Assembly: GCA_018646625.1 (NCBI GenBank)
Contig: JABGUJ010000001.1
Location: 131,534-195,533 of the forward strand
Source: Candidatus Woesearchaeota archaeon
Lineage (GTDB): Archaea > Nanobdellota > Nanobdellia > Woesearchaeales > JABGUJ01
Direction of reading: 5' to 3'
Length of the DNA: 64,000 bases
Translations under genes and position numbers: made by a program
Part shown: positions 1 to 9,736 of the stretch, one piece after another
Numbering within the stretch: the stretch's first letter is position 1
Layout: each line of letters starts with the position of its first letter
The notes under the pieces: generated by a model
What the model was told of the DNA's origin: nothing
Seen by the model: the letters and a program-made list of their open reading frames with translations, nothing else
Database searches by the model: none

Positions 1-2385
1 ATGAACCCTGACAGAGATATCTGCGGCGACCCTTCTTGCGATCAAGAGATAGGGTTTGGATTTATAGGTAACACACCAGCAAAAAAGAAATTATCATACA
101 TAGAAATCTGGCAAGAGTTTGCAAAAATGTTCAAGAACTCTGGCTACACACCAATAGAACGTTACCCCGTTGTTGCGAGATGGAACCCAACAATGGAATA
201 TACTAATGCAAGTATTGCTGCATTTCAACCATTTGTTATCAGCGGAGAAGTTAAACCTCCAGCAAACCCTTTAGTCATCCCTCAATTTTGCATGAGATTT
301 GGGGATATTGACAATGTCGGAATAACACAATCTCACAATACTGGCTTTGTAATGATTGGACAACACATGTTCGTCCCACCAGAAGACTGGAATCAAAACG
401 AAGTATTCAAACACATCCACACATGGAACACAAAAGGATTAGGTCTACCTAACGAAGAAATAACATACCACGAAGACGCATGGGCTGGGGGAGGTAACCT
501 CGGATGCTGTATGGAATTTTTCTCAAGAGGTTGCGAGTTAGGAAATCAAGTTTACATGTTATATGAACAAACACCTTCAGGAGTTAAAGATCTTAATCTA
601 AAAGTTCTCGACATGGGAATGGGTATGGAAAGAAATGCTTGGTTTTCTCAAGGCTGCGCAACAATCTATGACGCAACTTTCCCAGATGTAATGAAAAAGA
701 TGCTTAGTGCAACAGGCTATAAAGTTGATGAAGAATTAATGAAGAAATATACGCCAAATGCGGGACTGCTAAACATTGATGAAGTCGATGACATCAACAA
801 AGCATGGAATACAGTTTCACAGAAAGTAGGCATAGAAACTAAAGAATTAAAGAAATTAATTTTACCATTATCTGGAGTATATTCCGTTGCAGAACATACG
901 AGAGCACTCCTATTCGCACTAAATGATGGCGCCCTACCCTCCAACACAGGAGGCGGATACAACCTCAGAATACTCCTAAGAAGAGCACTAGGATTTATTG
1001 ACAAATATGGCTGGAATGTCGACTTACCAACTGTAGCTAAGTGGCACGCAGATTATCTTAAACCAATATTTCCTGAGTTAAGCAAAAATTTAGATAATGT
1101 TAACAAAATTCTCGATGTAGAAAAAGAAAAGTATGAGAACACTAAACAGAAATCAAGACACGTCGTTGCAAAAATAATTAAAGAAGATATTAACGAAGCA
1201 AAACTTGTAGAACTATACGACAGTCAAGGTATTGCGCCAGAACTTATTGCTGAAGAAGCAGAAAAACTGGGTAAGGAAGTTAACGTTCCTGAAGATTTCT
1301 ACATGAAAGTTGCAGAAAGACACGAAAAAGTTTCTCAAGTTCATGCTACAAAGAAAGAGACAGAATTAGAAATAAAAGAAATACCCGGAACTAAAGCCAA
1401 GTACTTCAATGACTATACACATACAGAATTCATGGCAAAAGTTCTAAGGATAATTGACAACAACATGATAATTCTTGATGAAACGCTTTTTTATCCAACC
1501 TCTGGTGGACAAATAACCGATCTTGGAACAATAAACAGCTCAAAAGTTGTAGATGTATTCAAACAAGGAGAATTCATTGTACACAAACTAGAATCTAAAG
1601 CAGACTTTAACGAAGGGGATGTTATCGAAGGTAAAGTTGACAAAGAACGAAGAAAACAACTAACTCAACATCATACCGCCACCCATGTTATCAACGCAGC
1701 CGCTAGAAAGATTCTTGGCCCTCATATTAATCAAGCAGGTGCAAAGAAAACTACAGAAAAAGCACACCTAGACATAACTCATTATTCTACTTTAACAGAA
1801 AAAGAACTTGAAGACATCGAAACAGAATCTAATAGAATCGTTCAAGAAGATGTTCCTGTTCACAAAATGTTCTTGCCAAGAGATGAAGCGGAACGAAAAT
1901 ACGGATTAGAAATATACCAAGGCGGAGCCGTTCCCGGTCAAGAAATAAGAATTGTTGAGATTCCAGAGATCGACGTTGAAGCATGCGGTGGAACGCACCT
2001 AAACTCCACAAAAGAAATAGAAAAGATTAAGATTATAAAAGCCACAAAGATCCAAGATGGCATTGTAAGATTAGAATTTACTGCAGGAAAAGCAGCAGAA
2101 AAAACAGAGAGTGCAGAATCAGGAATACTAGAAGAGTCTGCAAAACTCCTAAACTGCAAAGAAACTCAATTACCTGGCAGAGCAGAAGAATTATTCACGA
2201 TCTGGAAGAAAGTAGTAAAGAAAAAGAAGAAACTAGCACCAGAAGATCTAATTCCTAAATCAGAAGAAGAATTTGAAGGAGATGTTCTAGGAAAATTAAC
2301 TGAGACTCTAAGAACTCAAGCAGAAAACATCCCAAAGACAATTCAAAGATTTCAACGAGAAATAAAAGAAAAAAGCGAGAAATAA
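1..2385 (+). CDS. alaS: alanyl-tRNA synthetase, archaeal type (probably 5'-partial at window edge)
   Basis: ASIAAFQP, QFCMRFGDIDNVG, WAGGGNLG, LDMGMGMER motifs; editing domain HTATH...EACGGTH; begins inside the N-terminal Cys motif (DICGDPSC), so the true start is probably upstream. Confidence 0.97.
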   Translation: MNPDRDICGDPSCDQEIGFGFIGNTPAKKKLSYIEIWQEFAKMFKNSGYTPIERYPVVARWNPTMEYTNASIAAFQPFVISGEVKPPANPLVIPQFCMRFGDIDNVGITQSHNTGFVMIGQHMFVPPEDWNQNEVFKHIHTWNTKGLGLPNEEITYHEDAWAGGGNLGCCMEFFSRGCELGNQVYMLYEQTPSGVKDLNLKVLDMGMGMERNAWFSQGCATIYDATFPDVMKKMLSATGYKVDEELMKKYTPNAGLLNIDEVDDINKAWNTVSQKVGIETKELKKLILPLSGVYSVAEHTRALLFALNDGALPSNTGGGYNLRILLRRALGFIDKYGWNVDLPTVAKWHADYLKPIFPELSKNLDNVNKILDVEKEKYENTKQKSRHVVAKIIKEDINEAKLVELYDSQGIAPELIAEEAEKLGKEVNVPEDFYMKVAERHEKVSQVHATKKETELEIKEIPGTKAKYFNDYTHTEFMAKVLRIIDNNMIILDETLFYPTSGGQITDLGTINSSKVVDVFKQGEFIVHKLESKADFNEGDVIEGKVDKERRKQLTQHHTATHVINAAARKILGPHINQAGAKKTTEKAHLDITHYSTLTEKELEDIETESNRIVQEDVPVHKMFLPRDEAERKYGLEIYQGGAVPGQEIRIVEIPEIDVEACGGTHLNSTKEIEKIKIIKATKIQDGIVRLEFTAGKAAEKTESAESGILEESAKLLNCKETQLPGRAEELFTIWKKVVKKKKKLAPEDLIPKSEEEFEGDVLGKLTETLRTQAENIPKTIQRFQREIKEKSEK

Positions 2386-2412
2386 CACCATCTAACAGAC
2401 TTAACTTCAAAT

Positions 2413-2520
2413 CTAAAAGACCGGCAAAACTAATCTTCTACGATTCTTAAAAAGATTCTCATCTTCATCGCAGAGTTCAGTCTCTTCTTTTTCCTCTTCC
2501 CACAACCTTATTGATTTCAT
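2413..2520 (-). CDS. small hypothetical protein, 35 aa (MKSIRLWEEEKEETELCDEDENLFKNRRRLVLPVF)
   Basis: Translated by hand, below the ORF-track cutoff; RBS GGGGTGA just upstream of ATG; ends at TAG; convergent on alaS. Confidence 0.5.
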   Translation of the reverse strand: MKSIRLWEEEKEETELCDEDENLFKNRRRLVLPVF

Positions 2521-2530
2521 AATTCACCCC

Positions 2531-2590
2531 AGAGCTCAAGCTAACAGCAATAGGATCACCTAAAAGAACCTGAGCCACTAACTTAGCTCT
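2531..2590 (-). promoter_or_regulatory. putative structured RNA leader (long hairpin) directly upstream of the small-ORF RBS
   Basis: Minus strand AGAGCU-AAGUUAGUGGC pairs with GCUGUUAGCUU-G-AGCUCU (about 17 bp, several G-U pairs, one bulge), with an inner AGGUUC/GAUCCU stem. Confidence 0.45.
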
Positions 2591-2818
2591 TCAAACTACA
2601 AAGTAATATCTTATGAAAATTAGATGAATAAGTATAATTACACACAAAATAAATCCATTCAAAAAGTTTTGAGAACAATGCACGTGTTCTAGCAACCATG
2701 CTAGAATAAGGAGTAACATAATGATCTATATATAATTTTGTATGAAAAGTCCGAAAGAACAACAAAACCGCCTATCATATAAGAAATATTTAAAAAAAGA
2801 CAAGCTATAAAACCCAAT

Positions 2819-3913
2819 ATGAGACAAAAAAGGGTAAATAAAATCCTAATTCTTCTATTTACTATCGTGATAATAACAGGATTATTCTTTTTTCTTCCAT
2901 TAAGATGTAATAACTATGCACAGTGTGAGAAAACATGGCATAAAGGATGTAACGGAGACTGGAACTGCTTAGACGGAGAATGCTATTATTTCTGTAATGA
3001 TGAAATAGCCATAGCCAGCAATCAAACCCCTAGCTACCCAGTAAGAGAAGCTATAGAGGCAGCACCTGAAGAAGTAGAACCAGAGCCAGAACCTGTAGAC
3101 CCAGGGCCTGCCGCAGACGAAATATACTCAGGAGATATGCAAGTACACTTTATTGATGTAGATCACGGAAGCTCAGTTCTAATAGAAACTCCAAAAAATC
3201 ATTCAATCATCATAGACGCAGGATCAAAAATTAAAGGTAAAGAAGTTACAAAATACATCATACAAGACTTAAACTACAATCCAAGATGGTTTAGCCCTGA
3301 AGTATTAATCACCAGCGTAATGGAAGAAAACCACGTTGCAGGCATGACCAACGTATTGTTCAACTTTCAAGGTATAGAAAAAGTATTCGATAGCGGAAGA
3401 GAATTACCATATTCATACTACAAAGCCTACAAATCACAAAGAGATCAACTATTTACTAGAAAATTATCGTTTGATAAAGAAATCGATGGCATCGATAATT
3501 CAATACATATCTTCGCATACGTCGCATTCGAAGGTGCGGAAGAAGATAAAGACGAAAATTTCTACTCCGTTGTTTTAAAATTAACATATCTCAACTCTTC
3601 ATTCCTATTTGCATCAAACTGCAACGCCGAATGTGAAGAGATAATATTAGAAGAAGGTCACGATCTTAGTGCAGACATCTTGAAGATTTCTACTTACGGA
3701 GATGAGTCCGCAACAACAGACGCATTCCTCGAAGCAGTAAATCCAAAGGTTGCGGTAATCAGTGTAGGAACTAATGATGAGAACTTACCACACCAATCAA
3801 CAATCGATAAATTAGAAGCCAAAGAGATTACAATTTTACGAACAGACGAAAACGGACATATTGTGGTATCTACAAACGGAAATAAGTACAAGATAAAAAC
3901 TGAGAAATCATAG
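2819..3913 (+). CDS. membrane-anchored ComEC/Rec2-type metallo-beta-lactamase-fold protein with degenerate metal site
   Basis: N-terminal TM helix, Cys-rich module, Pro/Glu linker; VHFIDV...IIIDAG, SVVLKLTY, FLEAVNPKVAVISVG..N...PHQ, LRTDENG typical of the ComEC MBL domain; HxHxDH and HHGS motifs are substituted. Confidence 0.8.
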   Translation: MRQKRVNKILILLFTIVIITGLFFFLPLRCNNYAQCEKTWHKGCNGDWNCLDGECYYFCNDEIAIASNQTPSYPVREAIEAAPEEVEPEPEPVDPGPAADEIYSGDMQVHFIDVDHGSSVLIETPKNHSIIIDAGSKIKGKEVTKYIIQDLNYNPRWFSPEVLITSVMEENHVAGMTNVLFNFQGIEKVFDSGRELPYSYYKAYKSQRDQLFTRKLSFDKEIDGIDNSIHIFAYVAFEGAEEDKDENFYSVVLKLTYLNSSFLFASNCNAECEEIILEEGHDLSADILKISTYGDESATTDAFLEAVNPKVAVISVGTNDENLPHQSTIDKLEAKEITILRTDENGHIVVSTNGNKYKIKTEKS

Positions 3914-4357
3914 AGTTATACATTCTGACTTAATTTGCTTTAAAGAAGTTAATGATTTTATCTTAATTATTCCTTTTCTTGAAATAACCGTCTTAACTAA
4001 CTGATAATATTCATTCTGATCCTTCACCCTAACCTTTAAGATGATTTCACAATCACCAGTACAGATATCTACGCTTTCAATCTGAACATGTTTTGCAAGC
4101 TCTTTAGCAACCTTCTCAGGATTACCATATTCATCAGGAGATAATGAAATCAACACATACACACAATAACCTTCATCAATCTTCTTATGATCAAAAACGG
4201 CCTTGTATGATCTTACCAAACCATCACGTTCTAATTTCTTAATATTATAATGAATAGTGGTAGATGGTTCTTTCAGTTTTTTAGCAATCCTAGATATCTG
4301 AGGAGTACAATAACCTTGCTTAAACAGATCAATCAATTTTGAGGTTATATCCTTCAT
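3908..4357 (-). CDS. Lrp/AsnC family transcriptional regulator
   Basis: HTH IAKKLKEPSTTIHYNIKKLERDGLV; C-terminal RAM domain with CTGDCEIILKV; divergent from the racemase gene. Confidence 0.9.
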   Translation of the reverse strand: MKDITSKLIDLFKQGYCTPQISRIAKKLKEPSTTIHYNIKKLERDGLVRSYKAVFDHKKIDEGYCVYVLISLSPDEYGNPEKVAKELAKHVQIESVDICTGDCEIILKVRVKDQNEYYQLVKTVISRKGIIKIKSLTSLKQIKSECITL

Positions 4358-4452
4358 AAAATGGAATAATATACAACTTTATTTAAACTTTTTGAAAGAT
4401 AATTGAATAATATTCAACCAAATATAAGAACGAATCAACTCTACAAGAATGT

Positions 4453-5148
4453 ATGAAAGCAACAAGAATCGGAATAATAGGAGGAATAGGGTCCGAAACT
4501 AGTTGCACCTTCTGTTTAAATCTTAATAATGAAATACGAAAAATCACCAACACCCAACCCAGTATAGTTCTGGAGAATTTACCCATATCAGCAGAAGCAG
4601 AGAGAAAAATAATCAATGGACAAGTCACTAATGAACATCTCCAACTAATAAAAGAAGCAATAATAAGATTAAATAAAATAAATGTAGAGTTAATAGTAAT
4701 ACCGTGCAACACCGTACACACATTCATAAAAGACTTAAGATCGACGTCAACCTGCCAGATACTCAGCATAATTGAAGAAACCACTAAACAAATAGCATCA
4801 AAAAAAGTAAGGAAAGTAGGTATTTTAGCATCTACTAAAACAATAAACGAGAAACTATACGCAACACAACTTAATACAGAGAATATTGAATTAGTTCTTC
4901 CCAAAGAACAAGAAAAAATAAGCAAGATAATACTCAGAATACTCAACAACACAAATAATCATAAAGATAAAGACTTCATGAATGAAAAAATCAGAGAACT
5001 AAAAAAAGATGGCGCGGAAGCAGTAATAATTGGATGCACCGATCTTTCGAAAAAACTCAATCAAGAAGACCACCAAATACCCCTCATTCACGCATTATCC
5101 GCACTTCAAGAAGCCACAATAACAAGAATCACCCAAGACCCTTTTTAA
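4453..5148 (+). CDS. aspartate/glutamate-family amino acid racemase (PLP-independent)
   Basis: IGIIGGIG N-terminus; both catalytic Cys motifs PCNT and GCTD present. Confidence 0.9.
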   Translation: MKATRIGIIGGIGSETSCTFCLNLNNEIRKITNTQPSIVLENLPISAEAERKIINGQVTNEHLQLIKEAIIRLNKINVELIVIPCNTVHTFIKDLRSTSTCQILSIIEETTKQIASKKVRKVGILASTKTINEKLYATQLNTENIELVLPKEQEKISKIILRILNNTNNHKDKDFMNEKIRELKKDGAEAVIIGCTDLSKKLNQEDHQIPLIHALSALQEATITRITQDPF

Positions 5149-5220
5149 ATCTCAGAAACATTTTTAAAGATCGCCGCACAGACTTATTTCTACAAAAAAA
5201 CAAATATTAGGTGAGAAAAC

Positions 5221-5988
5221 ATGAAAAAATATCTGGCCTTAGCCGCCATAATTATGATAACAAGTTTATTCTTAGTGGGCTGCGGAAAAGAATTTGTCTG
5301 CAACCCCCCATATATGCAAATCGGAGAGACTTGCTGTTTGGACAAAGATTCCAATGGTGTTTGCGACAAAGACGAAGTCGTTAAACAAGTAATAGAAGAA
5401 ATGCCAATTCCAGAAGATGAAGAATTAGAAGAAGAAGCTCCAGAAGTAGAAGAAGAGGAAGAAGAAACCGAACCTGAAACTACAGATGATGAAGAAGAAG
5501 AGGAAGAAGAACCTGAAGCAACAGATGAGGACGAAGAAGATGAGGAAGAGGAAGAAGACGATTCCACTTCAACTAGCGATTGGTCAGCATCCACTAGTGG
5601 CGGAGTAAGTTACGAAAAACCAAAAGAACTTCAAAAGACTACGCTAAAGAAAGAATCCTCTGTTGATTGTGAAGGAGATGCATACATTATGCAAAGATCT
5701 GACGGATCATACTATCTTGAGTTTAAAGACTTCAAGACCAAGAGCGCACCAAAACTTTACGCATATCTAAGCAGTAAAAGTAATGTGAGAAAAACTGGTG
5801 ATCTTATTCTTGAAAGCAAAACAACAAAGAGTAAAAATGCATATAAGCTAGAACCTAAAATTTCAAGGTATGACGCAATCAGTATGAAATTTGACATACC
5901 AAGCGAAGTTTCTTTGAGCGAATATGATCTTATTGTTGTTGCAGACACAATGTTCAACAAGATTCATTGCACAGGTAAGTTCTCATAA
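5221..5988 (+). CDS. putative lipoprotein with acidic linker and C-terminal DM13-like domain
   Basis: Lipobox FLVGC; CNPPY...CCLDKDSNGVCDKDE module; poly-E/D tract; DFKTKSAPKLYAYLS...FDIPSEVSLSEY resembles DM13. Confidence 0.65.
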   Translation: MKKYLALAAIIMITSLFLVGCGKEFVCNPPYMQIGETCCLDKDSNGVCDKDEVVKQVIEEMPIPEDEELEEEAPEVEEEEEETEPETTDDEEEEEEEPEATDEDEEDEEEEEDDSTSTSDWSASTSGGVSYEKPKELQKTTLKKESSVDCEGDAYIMQRSDGSYYLEFKDFKTKSAPKLYAYLSSKSNVRKTGDLILESKTTKSKNAYKLEPKISRYDAISMKFDIPSEVSLSEYDLIVVADTMFNKIHCTGKFS

Positions 5989-7179
5989 GAACTTGCTTAA
6001 TTTTTTTTGACTTTTTCTTTCCTTTATTAATTTACTAACCTTAAGAATATTATCAAGATCATAGCCAAACTTCTTCTTGACTAGATTTTTAGCATAAGTC
6101 ATCATCAACTCTTCAGACCCAAACATCAAAGGTTTGCTTTTCATTGAATTTCTGGATGCTTCTCTAACAACCCACACCCCTAAAGGAGCCCAATATTCAT
6201 CCGTTATAAATCTTAAACAAAGACAAGCACCTTGACGTTTAATGGCATTTAATCCCTCTAATACAGCAATCCTTGCAGCATAATATCCGCCCGCAGTACT
6301 AAATGCATACTTTGTTCTTCCCGCATAAGTTTCATGATCAGTTGTAAATCCTGTATTGCCTTCGACAACTGGCGTCTCAAACAATTCATACTCCCAAATA
6401 TCAGGAAAGAACAATATCAAATAATAATTTCCCAAATAACCCCCGAAGTACGCAGCATAATCACACTCCGCATGTTTCTTAACATCAGAAATAAGATGCT
6501 TACCTAACGTATCATCGACAGCAGTTATACTCCATCTTGTAGGAACTAATCTCCTCTGAGTTTTAACACCCAGATTACCCACACTCAACAATCTTGTCAG
6601 GTAATGTTCATCAAACTTTTTATCATAAAGAGTTTCTAACGCTTCTACAGACTTAAGATCTGTCTGAGATACGATACTATCTACTTTAGTAGGGATCTTA
6701 GGATTTTCAGTAAGCATGGCTTTCTTTAGTTCAACGCTCGGACCATGAGGCATAATATCTTGATTAAAACTCACGTTAAACTGCGGTCTTTTTTGTAGAT
6801 TTATTTCAACATCTACCGGCTTCGACGCCATCGAAATTTCTTGACTCATCTCAAGAAACTTATTGTCAAAACTTTTTACATTCGCACCAAACCTAGAATT
6901 CACTAGACTACTACGCAAGTCTACAATATTATCTATTTGATAATTTTCTTTACTCCATAACAACGGAGCATCATTATCAACATAATTTTCAACACCTAAT
7001 ATGCCAACATTTACATCAGGATAGCCATACTTACCCACAAAAATATTTGGAGCCTCCCCAAAAAAATCTTGTTTAGAAGTTAAATTAACCTTTTTCTGAG
7101 ATGAAATTTTAGAAATAATAGGACAAACTGGTCGATGACACAAGTTGCGACCTTTGCATTGGATACATTTTATATTCAT
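5983..7179 (-). CDS. nreA: Nre-family archaeal DNA repair protein
   Basis: N-terminal CxxCKGRxLCxRPxCP; FVGKYGYP, RRLVPTRWSITAVD, GGYYAAR, YWAPLGVWVVRE; C-terminal PIP-like QKKLSKFL; start moved to ATG 7179. Confidence 0.92.
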   Translation of the reverse strand: MNIKCIQCKGRNLCHRPVCPIISKISSQKKVNLTSKQDFFGEAPNIFVGKYGYPDVNVGILGVENYVDNDAPLLWSKENYQIDNIVDLRSSLVNSRFGANVKSFDNKFLEMSQEISMASKPVDVEINLQKRPQFNVSFNQDIMPHGPSVELKKAMLTENPKIPTKVDSIVSQTDLKSVEALETLYDKKFDEHYLTRLLSVGNLGVKTQRRLVPTRWSITAVDDTLGKHLISDVKKHAECDYAAYFGGYLGNYYLILFFPDIWEYELFETPVVEGNTGFTTDHETYAGRTKYAFSTAGGYYAARIAVLEGLNAIKRQGACLCLRFITDEYWAPLGVWVVREASRNSMKSKPLMFGSEELMMTYAKNLVKKKFGYDLDNILKVSKLIKERKSQKKLSKFL

Positions 7180-7230
7180 AATACAACACAAGAAAAGAAA
7201 GATTAAAAAGATTATCTGAAGCTTTAAAAA

Positions 7231-8643
7231 CTAGTCATCAACCATCAATCTACGATAAGCTGCATGAGCGCGCGTTCTCTTGTCGGCAGGATCATCTAAG
7301 TGTTTTCGGATTTTGTCGTCATAATAATGCGGATCCGCTTTAAACTCATCATAATATCTAAGAAGTTTTCCTACATACCTAACAGTTCTCGGAAACTCAT
7401 GATATCTATGTACTCTACTTCCCCCTGCATGATAACCAGCAGCCATTTTCTCAGGATCTCTATCAAAACGTCTAGCCAACTTTTGCAGAACTCTACAGCC
7501 GGCTGTAACACCATATTCAATCTTATACAAATCTTCAGGTTCAACACCAACACCTCTAGATGTTCTAGGCATAACTTGCATTATTCCCATTGCACCTGCA
7601 GTTGAAGTAGACAAAGGTCTAAAGTTAGTTTCAACTCTCATAAAGGACAATATTAATCTATAATCCAGATTATACTCATCAGCTTTATCATGAACGAACT
7701 CCATGAAATTATCAAAATCAGTTAAATTACCATATTCCCCTGTTGATTGAAACCGATCATAACGAGGCCTAGCAACAGGAAACGATCTAGTTCTAGCACG
7801 TTTAGGAACAGCATCAGCCGCCAACGCCCGTTCAAAAGGGGCAAACGCTCTTGCAACATCACCATCAATAGAACCAGACAATTCTAATCTTCTTCCATCA
7901 GATAGCTCTTTACCCAACAAACGTTTTGCCAACACCATGTAAACATGTGGAAAACCATAAAATTTGTCGTCTTCTAAACAATCCAACATAACACTATCAA
8001 GTTGATCATCATCGTCTAACGTTCTGGCCAACCTATCTCGTTCCTTAACTAAATCCACAAATGGAATTCTCATAGGTCCAACCAAACCAAAGTTTTGATA
8101 TGCGTCACCTTTTACGACGGTAAACCCATCATCTTGCATTTCTCTAGTAAACGCGGCAGGATTAAACTGACCATCATAAACTAAAGTTCTAGATAAATCA
8201 TGTTGTATTTCAGCACCATCGAAAACCATATACCCTGGCCTAACCACTAAATCTTTAGTAACATAATCTACATGAAATCCTGTCTGTTTCATTGCAGATG
8301 CAATTCTTTTAGGTAAATTCAAATCCCCTGCTGAAGACGAATTCAAAATATACCACGCATAAGAATAAGACTCTTTTTCTAACATTTCTTGAGAAAGTGA
8401 TGCACTTCTTTTTCTACCCCAAGTAGATGTTCTAACAATCTGTTCTAGTTTTGCAAGAGTTTCTACTTCCGCTTTTTTAACTTGCGGCGCTCTTCTCTTA
8501 GCATGAGCCTCTCTAGAACCTCCAAAAAGCCAACCAAGAATACCCGTTTCAGCCACAACATAAGCTGCACCAACACCTCTAGTGCTAACTCTAAGAAAGT
8601 CTCTCCTGGTTCGTTCTGTTCCGGATGTAGAAATATCAGCCAT
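7231..8643 (-). CDS. Tat-signal protein with C-terminal soluble lytic transglycosylase (SLT/GH23-like) domain
   Basis: TRRDFL...AHA twin-arginine signal; SLT motifs RVETNF (catalytic Glu), AGAMGIMQVMP, AGYHAG, TVRYV. Confidence 0.85.
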   Translation of the reverse strand: MADISTSGTERTRRDFLRVSTRGVGAAYVVAETGILGWLFGGSREAHAKRRAPQVKKAEVETLAKLEQIVRTSTWGRKRSASLSQEMLEKESYSYAWYILNSSSAGDLNLPKRIASAMKQTGFHVDYVTKDLVVRPGYMVFDGAEIQHDLSRTLVYDGQFNPAAFTREMQDDGFTVVKGDAYQNFGLVGPMRIPFVDLVKERDRLARTLDDDDQLDSVMLDCLEDDKFYGFPHVYMVLAKRLLGKELSDGRRLELSGSIDGDVARAFAPFERALAADAVPKRARTRSFPVARPRYDRFQSTGEYGNLTDFDNFMEFVHDKADEYNLDYRLILSFMRVETNFRPLSTSTAGAMGIMQVMPRTSRGVGVEPEDLYKIEYGVTAGCRVLQKLARRFDRDPEKMAAGYHAGGSRVHRYHEFPRTVRYVGKLLRYYDEFKADPHYYDDKIRKHLDDPADKRTRAHAAYRRLMVDD

Positions 8644-8794
8644 ATTAAGCTCTAACTACTAATTTAAGAGAAGTTCTAGTTTATAAATCTTTCCCTTTTA
8701 ACCACTTAACAGGGACAAATAGCCCCCTCGAACAACCTTAAAAGCAGGAATTCGAATAAATAAATTTATCTACAAATCCATCTAAGAAGAAGAT

Positions 8795-9727
8795 ATGAGA
8801 TTCATTTTAATATTTATCGTTATTGTCCTTCTAGTAGGCGGCTGCGCTGAAAAAAAATTAATTGCACCAACAAGAGAAAGCAAGATTCCTCAAGATATTC
8901 TAAAAGGAACTCCAGAAAATGATCAACACCCGCCAATATTACATTCCACCGAATATGAACAACCAGTACCTTTAGCCATCATTAGCACAGCAGGCGCAGA
9001 AGATTCACCATTCATCCCAGAAGATAGAGATGAACTATACTTTATGTTTGTCAAAGACGTAAGAGAAGATGTCCACATACAAATAAGAGATTTTGTAAAT
9101 GGAATCTGGGTTTCAAAAAAAATAAACAATGCTTGGCAAGAACCAGAATTTGTTCAATTACAAAATTCAGATAAGCTGGCACTAAACGGATGCGAATTTG
9201 TACAAGGAAATGAAATGTTATTTTGTACTGCAAGAGAAGGATACACAGGACTACACTGGTTTTCTGCAGAATACAAAGACAACAAATGGACCAACTGGAA
9301 AGAATCAGATTTCCCAACAGAATACGACGTTGGAGAATTACACATATGGAAAGATGAACTATACTATCACTCTAATAGAGAAGATGGAAATGGTGGATCA
9401 GATATATGGATGCTAAAAAGAATAAACGATAAATGGTCCAACCCAACCAACATAAAAGCAGTAAACTCAGAAATTGACGAAGGTATGCCATACATCACAT
9501 CCGACGGAAAAGAAATGTGGTTTAATAAATGGCACAAAGGATCACCTGCAGTTTTTAGATCTAAAAAATCAAATGAAGAATGGCAAGAACCAGAGTTAAT
9601 TGTGTCTAGCTTCGCAGGAGAACCAACTCTAGATAAAGAAGGAAACCTATACTTCGTACATCATTATTACAAAGATAATGAAATGATTGAAGCTGATATC
9701 TATATAGCATACAAAATAAAAGAATAA
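8795..9727 (+). CDS. putative lipoprotein with PD40/TolB-like beta-propeller repeats
   Basis: Lipobox VGGC; repeats such as EDSPFIPEDRDELYF, LYYHSNREDGNGGSDIW, VNSEIDEGMPYITSDGKEMWF. Confidence 0.75.
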   Translation: MRFILIFIVIVLLVGGCAEKKLIAPTRESKIPQDILKGTPENDQHPPILHSTEYEQPVPLAIISTAGAEDSPFIPEDRDELYFMFVKDVREDVHIQIRDFVNGIWVSKKINNAWQEPEFVQLQNSDKLALNGCEFVQGNEMLFCTAREGYTGLHWFSAEYKDNKWTNWKESDFPTEYDVGELHIWKDELYYHSNREDGNGGSDIWMLKRINDKWSNPTNIKAVNSEIDEGMPYITSDGKEMWFNKWHKGSPAVFRSKKSNEEWQEPELIVSSFAGEPTLDKEGNLYFVHHYYKDNEMIEADIYIAYKIKE

Positions 9728-9736
9728 GAAAAAAAT

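Noticed and set aside
2742..2776. GAAAAGTCCG...ACAAAACCGCCTAT resembling RNase P RNA conserved regions
   Set aside because: The two motifs are about 10 nt apart, leaving no room for the RNA body.
4383..4952. 189-aa antisense ORF and the many other 60-140 aa overlapping ORFs in the track
   Set aside because: They lie opposite or inside well-supported genes and lack motifs or RBSs.
5400..5560. GAA-rich repetitive tract and the antisense poly-Ser ORF 5190..5594
   Set aside because: It encodes the acidic linker of the plus-strand lipoprotein; it is not a CRISPR or satellite, and the antisense ORF is a shadow.
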